From Octopus sinensis (Eukaryota), in assembly GCF_006345805.1 (NCBI RefSeq), contig NC_043014.1, forward strand, positions 44,764,001 through 44,828,000: 64,000 nucleotides of DNA, in the 5' to 3' direction. Both the position numbers and the translations under genes were made by a program. The notes below the pieces were generated by a model, which saw only the letters and a program-made list of their open reading frames with translations, was not told the DNA's origin and searched no databases. Positions 12,721-24,200 of this stretch are shown here, piece after piece; the first letter of the stretch is position 1, and the number at the start of each line of letters is the position of its first letter.

Positions 12721-15198
12721 ATATATGTATGTAGAAACTCTGCCAGATCAAGATTGGAGCCTGGTGCAGCCATCTGGTTCGCCAGCCCTCAGTCAAAATT
12801 GTCCAACCCATGCTAGCATGGAAAGCGGACGTTAAATGATGATGATGATATATATATATATGTCTATGTTTGTCCCCTCCAACATTGCTTGACAACCAAT
12901 GTGGTGTGTTTACGTCCCCGTAACTTAGCGGTTCGGCAAAAGTGACCGATAGAATAAGTACTAGGCTTACAAAAATAAGTCATGGGATCGATTTGTTCGA
13001 CTAAAAGGTAGTGCTCCAGCATGGCCGCAGTCAAATGACTGAAACAAGTAAAAGAGTAAATATAGCTGATAATTTCTAAACTATTCGTTTTAAAATTCCA
13101 CCTGTGCCTTGTCTTTTTAATCATTCCTCTGCACAAGGTCATCAGATCTGAACACAGCCTTGTTAGTATGGGCTCTATTGGCTTCTGAAAACCTGAATAT
13201 TTTCGAATTTGGATATGAATCCCTGAAATGCTTAGATTTATCACAAAATAATGACAACCTCAGAAAATTTATATGCCCTTATTTTGAAGCACAATATAAT
13301 ATTTACTGTCACCCACATCAATCCGTTTTGGTTATCCCTATCCCCACCAGTCTATGAAGGCCCAAAAGAGTTACCGGTACTTCCTTATTCAACTTTTTGA
13401 CTGAATAGAAAAAATTGCTTTTTAAAACTTTTATTAACCCTTTCATTACTGTATTTATTTTGAGATGCTCTGTGTTTCTTCCAATTACTTTAAATATAAC
13501 AAAGAATTTAGTAAATGAACTTGGTTATCATTCAGCTAGTGTTAGGAACATAAATTGTGACTGAAGGTTTGGTGGAAGATTTTAATTCAAAACTTATGAA
13601 AACAAGACGTTTTTAAAAAAAGGCTGTTTGAAGAAATAAAAGTTAGGTATTCCCTTAATTACTAATTAATTTGAGATTTATTTTAGTATCCCTGTTCTGC
13701 TAATGTCTTCCTATGGTTTTTAAATTTTTTTTTTTTGTGTGTTTACTTAATTTTGTTATCCAGGATGAAAATGGTATTGAGCGTTTGGTTGGGGATACAA
13801 CTACAAAGAAAAAGTACTCGCATGTAGATCTTGTTGTGATGGTCGATGGAGTTGATAATGAAAGGGGGACAGTCACAGCTGGTGGACGAGGCTACTACTT
13901 AAAAGTAAGTACAAATGTTCTTATTGCTTCTATTAGATTTTTAGATAACGCAACTGTTCATTATTTACTTTATTTACATTATTTACATTTGACGGATATT
14001 TGTCCTCATCTTGTTTGTTGTTAACACAACGTTTCGGTTGATATACCCTCCAGCCTTCTTCAGGTGTCTTGGTGAAATTTCGAACATGGGTTCTCATTCC
14101 TAAGGTATTTTTCAATGTTATTATTATTATTATTATTGTTGTTGTTGTTCAGGTCACTGCTTGGAATTGAACTTGGAATCTTAGGGTTAGTAGCCCACAC
14201 TCTTAACCACTACGCCATATACCCTGGGCATATACTAACCCCCAAATTCTGAGTTCGATTCCAAGCAGTGACCTGAACAATAATAATAATAATAATGATA
14301 ATGATAACATCAAAAAATACCTTAGGAATGAGAACCCAGGTTTGAAATTTCCCCCAAAACACCTGATGAAGGCTGGAGGGTATATCAGCCGAAATGTTGT
14401 GTTAACAACAAACAAGATGAGGACAAATATCCGTCGAATGTAAATAATGTTAATAAAGTAAATAATGTACATAATTTCTCATCTCTTAAATATAGAACTA
14501 TAATGCAACTGTTGTTTTTCTTGACATTTCCTGGTTATAACGTTAATCTACATTTTCCACTGAACAGTTACACCTCATCGAAGCCCCTTCCACAAACACT
14601 GGGCATTTTAATTTCACTCCAACACAAACATATAGGAATTGGTGTGGCTGTGTGGTAAGAAACTTGCTTCCTAACTACATGGTTCGGAGTTCAGTCCCAC
14701 TGCATGGCACCTTAGGCGAGTGTCTTCAACTACAGCTTCAGGTTATTCAAAACCTTGTCAGTGGATCTGGTAGACAGAAACTGAAAGAAACCCATCATAT
14801 ATATACATACATATATATATAGGCACAGGAATGGCTGTGTGGTAAGTAGCTTGCTAACCAAGCACATGGTTCTGGGTTCAGTCCCAGTGCATGGCATCTT
14901 GGGCAAGTGTCTTCTGCTATAGTCCCAGGCTGACCAATGCCTTGTGAGTGGATTTGGTAGACGGAAACTGAAAGAAGCCTGTCATATATATTTATATATG
15001 TGTGTTTGTCCCCCTAGCATTGCTTGACAACCGATGCTGGTGTGTTTACATCCCCGTCACTTAGCAGTTCGGCAAAAGACACCGATAGAATAAGTACTGG
15101 GATTACAAAGAATAAGTCCCGGTGTCGATTTGCTCGACTAAAGGCGGTGCTCCAGCATGGCCGCAGTCAAATGACTGAAACAAGTAAAAGAATAAGAG

Positions 15199-15235
<37 letters not shown>

Positions 15236-18200
15236 CTCTGTCCCCTCACTACCACTTGACAACTGGTACTAGTGTGTTTATGTCCCCGTAACTTAGCAGT
15301 TCAGCTAAAGACACTGATAGAATAAGTACCTACCAGGCTTTAAAAAAATAAGCACTGGGATTGATTACATTTGACTAAAAATTCTTTGAGGTGATATCCT
15401 AGTATGGCCACAGTCAAATGACTGAGACAAGTAAAAGATAGAAGATATATCTGCTTTCATGTCATACATGCTCCATGTTTGAATATCAACAATCTCACAT
15501 GCTAACCCCACCATCTGTTTTCACTCTTTTCTCACTTCCAAGCTACATGTATCATTTCAACATTCAAAAACTAATTGCATCATTGAATCATTTTTATGTT
15601 GTTTGATTTTATATCTCCTTTAGGGACCACTTGTGTTTTTGGAACAAGCGTTGATAAACCATGCCCTGCATTTGCTTCATGACCAAGGTTTTGTACCACT
15701 TTACACTCCGTTTTTTATGCGTAAAGATGTGATGCGGGAGGTTGCCCAACTGTCTCAATTTGATGAAGAATTATACAAGGTAATCCTTGAGATATTTGAT
15801 TTTCAAGATTCTATTAGGGATTAAAACATATCTGGATCATGGTAGAGACATTGTGAAAAACACACGGGATACTGTTATATTCACTTTTGCTTTAATAATA
15901 TATATTGCATTTTGTTTTTGGATTTGGTTTGCAAGATTCTTTATATGAGTTTGTGTGTTGAAGCATATTCTGTTGTGTCTGGGGAGAGTCATTCTCTTTT
16001 AGTACCTTATTATTTAACACACTCACCGGTAAAATTTCCACTTATTTCGTCTTTTTATTTTCCTAAAATTTTCGTTGCGTCTTGCAACCTTTTCAATAGT
16101 CTTGCGATATATATATTGCAATAATGATTATATGAGATGCAGCACAAAGTTTTGTCAGTGAACAGTTCGCGGTCTCAAAGCGCCGAAAATATTTTGACAA
16201 ATTAAATTTAAATGTTGAAGTGAATCTAACGGTTTTTGTGCGTTTCTTAAATGGCTTACAAACACCTTCCATGCTGCAATTGTTTTCGTTCCAGCACACG
16301 ATCTCAGATCAAGTCACTCGCTATGCAAGTACATCACCGATTATATTTTTTTAAATATCAAAATCTTTTAATGTATATGACTTGTTTACTAACACTCTAC
16401 TACACTTCAGCTGCACAAAGTAAATTAATGTAGAAATTTTTAGACTGTTTCTGTCATTATTGTTCTTTTCCTTTCTTCAGAAATATAAAAGAAACGTCAT
16501 TCCCCTCTTTGCTACTAATTGGGTGGCTTGATTTGTTGCTCCATTCCTTTAACCCTTTCATTACTGTATTTATTTTGAGATGCTCTGTGTTTCTTTCAAT
16601 TAATTCTAAATATAAGAAAGAATATAGTAAAATAACTTAGTTATCAATTATGTTAGTGTTAGGAACATAAATTGTGACTAAGGTTTGGTGGAAGATTTTA
16701 ATTCAAAACTTATGAAAACAAGACATTTGTACTACAGAGCCAGAGACGGTTTCAGCCGGGTTGGTAACGAAAGGGTTAATGGAGTTAATTCTGTTGTAAG
16801 CATTCATGCCAGGTCCCTACTTTAAAAATAGCCAATTTCCTTCGTCCAGCCAGCTTTGGGGGCATTGCAAAGGACCGTGGTCATTGCCTTTCCTCCTCTG
16901 ACGAAGCTATTAAATTAAAAAATACATTTACTGAGTGATGTGACACGGAAAGTGATTAAAATGATATTAACAATTTTTACTTAGAATTTGCCATGTTTTA
17001 ACAATTATTTTTTATTGCTCCTATGTACATTTACTTATTCCTATACTACCCATTCCACTTAGCCAACATGCTTATTATGTGAGCATCCCCTTAGGTGAAA
17101 ATACATTATATAAAGGTTAAAATCTATTCGTGTGGTAAGTAGCTTGTTTACCAACCACATGGTTCCGGGTTCAGTCCCACCGCGTGGCACCTTGGGCAAG
17201 TGTCTTCTACTATAGCCTCGGGCCAACCAAAGCCTTGTGAGTGGATTTGGTAGACGGAAACTAAAAGAAGCCCGTCGTATATATGTATATATATATGTGT
17301 GTGTTTGTGTGTCTGTGTTTGTCCCCCCAACATCGCTTGACAACCGATGCTGGTGTGTTTATGTCCCCGTTACTTAGCGGTTCAGCAAAAGAGACTGATA
17401 GAATAAGTACTAGGCTTATAAAGAATAAGTCCCGGGGTCGAGTTGCTCGATTAAAGATGGTGCTCCTGCATGGCCGCAGTCAAATGACTGAAACAAGTAA
17501 AAGAGTAAAGAGTATATTGTTGCAATTGCATGTTACCAACATTCTAGTCTGTTAAATGTGATGAGGAATCTACTGTGGTCAGTTGAGTGTGATAGTATTG
17601 CATTGCATTCTGTATAAGGAATAGTGTTTATAATTTGAAATCCTTTTGATCAAAAAATGTATTGGTTACTAATCAATCTATTTAAAATCTAGATTTAATC
17701 ATATTAATGAATATATTTTTTATTTCTTGCTAACGTAAAAAACAGAGATATATATTGGCAAGTTGATTACCTCCCTTGCCATTAGAGGCGACCAGCCAAA
17801 TCAACAGAGAGATTCTCAATTCTCTGATTTAAGTAGACTTCTGATTGAAGGTATAATCATCTAACTTGGTATGTTTAGAACTACATTATCTAATGTTCTT
17901 TTATGAGTACAGAGTGCAATTTGAGAGAGATTTCACTGATATTTCTAGCCGGTTAAGCAATCACACTACTTTTTTCAATGGTCTTGAGAATAGTTCTTGC
18001 AATTTACATGTGTTTACTGAGAGTTTATCAGATGTAAATAAAACTAGCTAAGCATGAAATTGCATCCAAAACATGATAATAATTAATTAAAATTATATTT
18101 GTTACCTTAATGTACTTTAGTGTTAGAGCTATGAATGGTTCCACCTAAGTGTTTTAGAGCTATGTATAGACTCGTGTTAGTGTTTGAACTATGTGTGAAC

Positions 18201-21200
18201 TTACACCAGTATCAAAGCTCTGTTTGGGGCCCAGATGAGGGTTAGAGCTATGTGTGGAATTGTTTTAGAATACAGAGCCAAACGTAAGCATTATCGTTCT
18301 ACATTTAGAAAACTAATTAAATATTTTTGACAAAATCTAGTTTCCGAAGATGTGTTTATAATCTCTCTGTTTAACATTTTGATTTCACTGTCTTTCCATT
18401 TCTGAACTGACCAAAGCACTTCAATAATTCTTAGACATCTTTGAAGGAATTGTCTAAATTAATTTCATTTCTTCTTTCTGTTTACTCAGGTAATAGGTAA
18501 AGAGAGTGAAAAGAGTGATGATGCTACAATAGATGAGAAATACCTGATTGCTACTTCTGAACAACCAATTGCTGCCTTCCACCGAGATGAGTGGCTTGCT
18601 ACAGAATCTTTGCCCCTCCGTTACGCTGGTTACTCAACGTGTTTCCGCCAAGAAGTTGGTTCTCATGGCCGTGACACTCGTGGAATCTTCCGAGTCCACC
18701 AGTTTGAAAAGGTAAACATTTTGATAATTATAGGGGGAGCACTGTCTAATTGGTTAGTGTTTGCTTACTGAACTGAGGCTGCAGCCCTAATACAGATCTG
18801 TAAAAGAACAGAAATATTACTCCAGCGAGTAATATTTAATCTATAAGGCGACGAGCTGGCAGAGATGTTAGCACGGGAGAAATGCTTAGCGGTATTTCGT
18901 CTGCCGTTACGTTCTTAGTTCAGATTCCGCTGAGGTCAACTTTGCCTTTCATTCTTTTGGGGTTGATAAATTGAGTACCAATGAAACACTGGGGTATAGT
19001 TGATTTGTATCCAGTACTTCACCAATTTATTTTATGGCTTTAGAAAGATGAGAGGCAAAGTTGATGCCAGCAGGTTTTGAACTCAAAACTTAAATATTAC
19101 AAGGTATATCACCTGATGTTCTAATGATTTAACCACTCCACCACTGTCTATTATCTTGATTGACAGTTCATTAATAATCAAAACTAATATTTTAGCTAGC
19201 AAATTGGCAGAACAATTTTTAATAGCATTCTGTAAGCGACTTAATCCCTTTGTCTGTCCTTGTTTGTCCCCTCTATGTTTAGCTCCTTGTGGGCAATAAA
19301 GAAATAAGAAATATTACTCCGGTGTGTTTTCAAGAAAAAATCTGTACTCGTTTCATTTTACCTTAGCTAAAACTGAATATTGACTGTATTTGTTGAATCC
19401 CTCAATTTATCAATGTTGGTGATGAATCCGAGAAAACCTGCCCACCACAACAGAATTGAGATCCTAAAACTAAGGTGCCATGTAAAAAGCATTGATGTGG
19501 TTGCTGGTGCTACGTAAGATACACTGATGGTGACACGTAAAAAAGCATCCAGTGTCCTCTCTAAAGTGGTTGGTGTTAGGAAGGGCATCCAGCTATTGAA
19601 ACCAAGCCAGAACAGACTATGGAACTTGGTGTGGGGCCCCCCTGGCCTTGCCAGTTCTTGTCAAGCTGTCTAACCCATTACCAGCATGGAAAACAGATGT
19701 TAAATGTTGATGACAAATACCTTATAGTAAACATGTACCTGTTAACTTAAACTGTCATCAAACCGTCTATTTATGTATTCTTTCATTTGTTCAATTATCT
19801 TTATCTAATTAATTATCTGTAACCATAGTGAAGTAGAGTAAAAAGTGTCTACAACAGGACTGTGAAACCTTTTTATTACTTGAAAATTGCATTTAATAAA
19901 TTATAATATAACAAGGTATATTAAGTAAAAAAAAAATTTATATTTGGATAATCATCTTAATCATTTAACGTCTGCTTTCCACGTTAGCATGGGTTGGACG
20001 ATTTGACTGAGGTCTGGCGAACCAGACTCCAATCTGATCTAGCAGAATTTCTAGAGCTGGATGCCCTTCCTAACGCCAATCACTCCAAGAGTGTAGTAGG
20101 TGCTTACGTGCAACAGCTATGCTCAAATGGTGCTTTTTATGTGCCACCTGCACAGGAGCCAGTTCAGTGACACTGGCAATGACCTCGCTCATAATTATAA
20201 ATATTGAAGTCAGAAATAGCAATCTAAATTGACTTTTATGACTGATGAATATTTATTTAATGTATAATAGCCCTTTTTTTAAGTAAGTAATTAAAGTGTA
20301 TTTAACCCTTTAGCATTCAGACCATCATATCAGACCAAAATATTTAACCTGTTTTATGTTGAAACTGGCCAGATCTGGCCTCTCATGGCAACCCTACAAT
20401 GTCATTCTAAAACTAAAAAATCACATCATTGAAATCTCTAAACTACAAGATAAAGCTCGATTAGTTTTGTTGTTGAGGCAAGTGAAATCGAAATCAAATT
20501 CGATGACTGGCATCTGTGCTAGTGGAGTGCTAAGAGTACCATATGAGTGTGATTGTTGACAGAGCAACAAGCTGGCCTCCATGCTGATGGCACGTAAAAA
20601 GCAAACATTCGAGCGAGGTCGTTTCCAGTGTTACTGGACTGGCCCCTATGCAGGTGGCACATAAAAAGCACCATTTGGAGTGTGGCCGTTGCCAGTACCG
20701 CCTGACTGGCCCTCGTGCCGGTGACACGTAAAAGCACCCACTACACTCTCGGAGTGGTTGGCATTAGGAAGGGCATCCAGCTGTTGAAACTCTGCCAGAT
20801 CAGACTGGAGTCTGGTGCAGCCATCTGGTTCGCCAGTCCTCAGTCAAATCATCCAACCCATGCTAGCATGGAAAGTGGTGGACGTTAAACAATGATGATG
20901 ATGATGAAATATTACATTCGACAAAATAATCCAAATACTAAAGGGTTAAAGTAAAACCCAGACTTTTTTCTAGAAAACCACTCTTAAGGGCCACAACAGC
21001 TGCAGGATTCTCCATCTCTTGTTTATCTGTCTCCTCTAATGACAAAAAAAAAACAAGTCTTTTTAATACCTTACTATATTCTTTTTTTTTTTTTTATTTC
21101 AGGTGGAACAGTTTGTTCTGACTTCTCCTCATGACAACAAATCTTGGGAAATGTTTGATGAAATGATTGCCAATGCCGAAAACTTCACCAAGTCTCTTGG

Positions 21201-24200
21201 AATTCCTTATCGGATTGTCAATATAGTTTCTGGTAATTCAGTTTCCTTTCAAAATTTCTTCTCCAATTGTTAATTATATTTTGTGGATCACTCTGCATAT
21301 GAAGTAATCCTTTGTATTATAGGCACAAGGCCTGAAATTTGGGGGAAGGGGACTGGTTAATTACATTTATTTCTTTATTGCCCACAGGGGACTAAACGTA
21401 GAGGGGACAAACAAGGACAGACAGAGAGATTAAGTTGATTATATCGACCCCAGTGTTCAACTGGTACTTATTTAATCGACCCCGAAAGGATGAAAGGCAA
21501 AGTTGACCTCGGTGGAATTTGAACTCAGAAAGTAATAGCAGACAAAATATCTATTTCTTTACTACCCACAAGGGGCTAAACACAGAAAGGACAGACAAAC
21601 AGATTAAGTCGATTTTATTGACTCCAGTGCGTAACTGGTACTTAATTTATTGACCCCCGAAAGGACGAAGGGCAAAGTCGACCTCGGCGGAATTTGAACT
21701 CAGAACGTAACGGCAGACGAAATACTGCTAAGCATTTCGCCCGGTTTGCTAACGATTCTGCCAGCTCGTCACCCTATGAAAGGAAAAGTCAACCTCAGTG
21801 GGAGCATTTTGCCCGGTGTGCTAACGATTCTGCCATCTCTCCGCCGTTCTGCATATGAAGTAATTTATTGTTTCTGTGTAAGCATATGTAGTCTTGATGT
21901 GAAAAAATTGCTTTGGATTAAAACTGAAGTTAACGAGGACACGTAATCAAGAAACGAACTTTTAAAGTTCCAATTTTAGTTTATCCTCATGCTTAGTATA
22001 CCAAAACAATCATCATAGAATGGTTTTGGTCATAGTAGATGCACATGAATGAAACTTCTCTCTCATTACAACTTATGGATCTTTTCACTTTGACCGGCAG
22101 ATTTTTAAAATAATTTCTTTGTAACTAAACACTTTTAAACTTTGTATACTGGTAGTGTGTTACATAAAACATCTTTTTCTCTTGGCTTTTTTGAGTTGCA
22201 AGCTATTTGTTGTTTAATTTCTTGCATTTCGGCAATTTCAACCAATCAATGACGTCTATTGAGGTGAATACAATTTCTGCTGTATTTTGTCAACATTTTC
22301 TGGCGGTGTCATATAAACAACAAATAACTTACAAACTACAGAATTTTCTCAAGAAAGCCAAGAGAAAAAGATGTTTTAGAAACACATTCTACCAGTATAC
22401 GAAGTTTAAAAGTGTTTAGTTACAAAGAAATTATTTTAAAAATCTGCCGGTCAAAGTGAAAAGATCCCAACTTATTACCGTGAAGTTATCTCTTTCCTTC
22501 AATTTTGAATTTTATTCTTTCATTATTTACTCATCTCTTTAAACCATTAACTTCTTTCAGGTGCCCTTAATAATGCTGCTGCTAAAAAACTTGACTTAGA
22601 AGCATGGTTTCCAGGATCTGGGGCATTCCGTGAATTGGTCTCCTGCTCAAACTGTACGGACTACCAGGCACGACGTCTCAAAGTGCGCTACGGTCAAACA
22701 AAGAAGATGAACCAGGAGGTAGGTTGAACACACACGTCTAAATCTGGACGACCTTTAGTCACTTGTCATGTCAGTGATTCCAGAACATAAAGGTTAGAAT
22801 TGAAAAAAATAGTTAAGAAACAATTAAAAAAAATTTTTTTAAATTGGTAATTTATATTCAGTAAATATGATGTAATTGACTTTGAAGATCTGAAAACCCA
22901 TTAATTGCTGTTTGCTATGCTTCTACTGTTAATGGAGTGAGTTGACAGAAATGATGTGAAGGTGCATGGCTCAGTGGTTAGTGTCGAGTTCAATTCCTGG
23001 ACTGCGTGTTGTGTTCTTAAGCAAGACACTTTATTTCACATTGCTCCAGTTCACTCCGCTGTAGAAATGAGTTTGTGACATCACTGGTGCCAAGCTGTAT
23101 CAGCCTTTGTCTTTCCCTTGGATAACATCCATGGCATGGAGAAGGGAGGCCGGTATGCATAGGTGACTGCTGGTCTTCCATAAACAACCTTGCCTGGACT
23201 TGTGCCTCGGAGAGTAACTTCCTAGGTGCAATCCCATAGTCATTCATGACCGAAGGGGGTCACCCTTTTTCTTGACAGAAATGATAGAATCAATGCTGTA
23301 AGATTAATTGCTTTACAATATTTAATCTTGTGTTTGGATGTTTATATCCTGCTGGGTTAGCTTAGTACTCCCCATGTCAATAAATACTAGTAACATATTG
23401 GTTTCAAATTTTGGCCCAAGGCTGGCAGTTTCAGGTGTGGGGTGTAAATTGATTACATTGACTCCAGTGTTCAACTGATAGTCATTTTATTGACCCCCCC
23501 CAAAAAAAATGAAAGTCAACTCCAGTGGCATTTGAACTCTGAATGTAAAATCAATAAAGACCTATTTCTTTACTACCCACAAGGGGCTAAACACAATTTG
23601 TTACCATATTTCTGTTGAAATATAACTGCCTTTGTTTCAAAATAACTTTGCTATTATTAAGCTGGTGTTTGGAGCAGAAGCTAACGTGAAATTTTAAAGG
23701 AAGGTTTTTAACTAAGCTTGTTCTGAAGGAAGAAGTTTGTATCATAAAACCTGGGGCAATCTTGGACAGGTTGGTATCAAAAGGGTTAATGGTGAAGGAT
23801 TCCTGGTTTGGAGAGTCTGCATCTCTGAAGAGCTACATCGATTAGTATGAACAATGATAGGTGTTAAACTTAAACATTTTAATGTATTAATTCATATATT
23901 CATACATATCATCTTTTTTTAATCATTCTACAGGCAAGATAGTTATAAAATCTTTTCTTCAATTCAGATTCGTTTCACTATACATTTTCTAACAGAGTAT
24001 TATTTAAAATTGTTCTTTTTAGAGAATGAAATATGTCTAGGAAGAATATTTTACTAAGAGAACTTAATGCTTTCGTTGAAAAATGTGCAAACCAGAATAG
24101 AAATACCATCATTTTCTTGACCAAACCTTGCATTATTTTCCATTTACCAGGTTGAATATGTACATATGCTTAATGCTACGATGTGTGCAACAACTCGTGC

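Noticed and set aside
12500-12895. ORFs with YIYI or VCVC runs and recurring endings such as GLNPEPCGW (also at 624, 5071, 17148, 25302, 50549)
   Set aside because: These are translations of SINEs and microsatellites, not genes.
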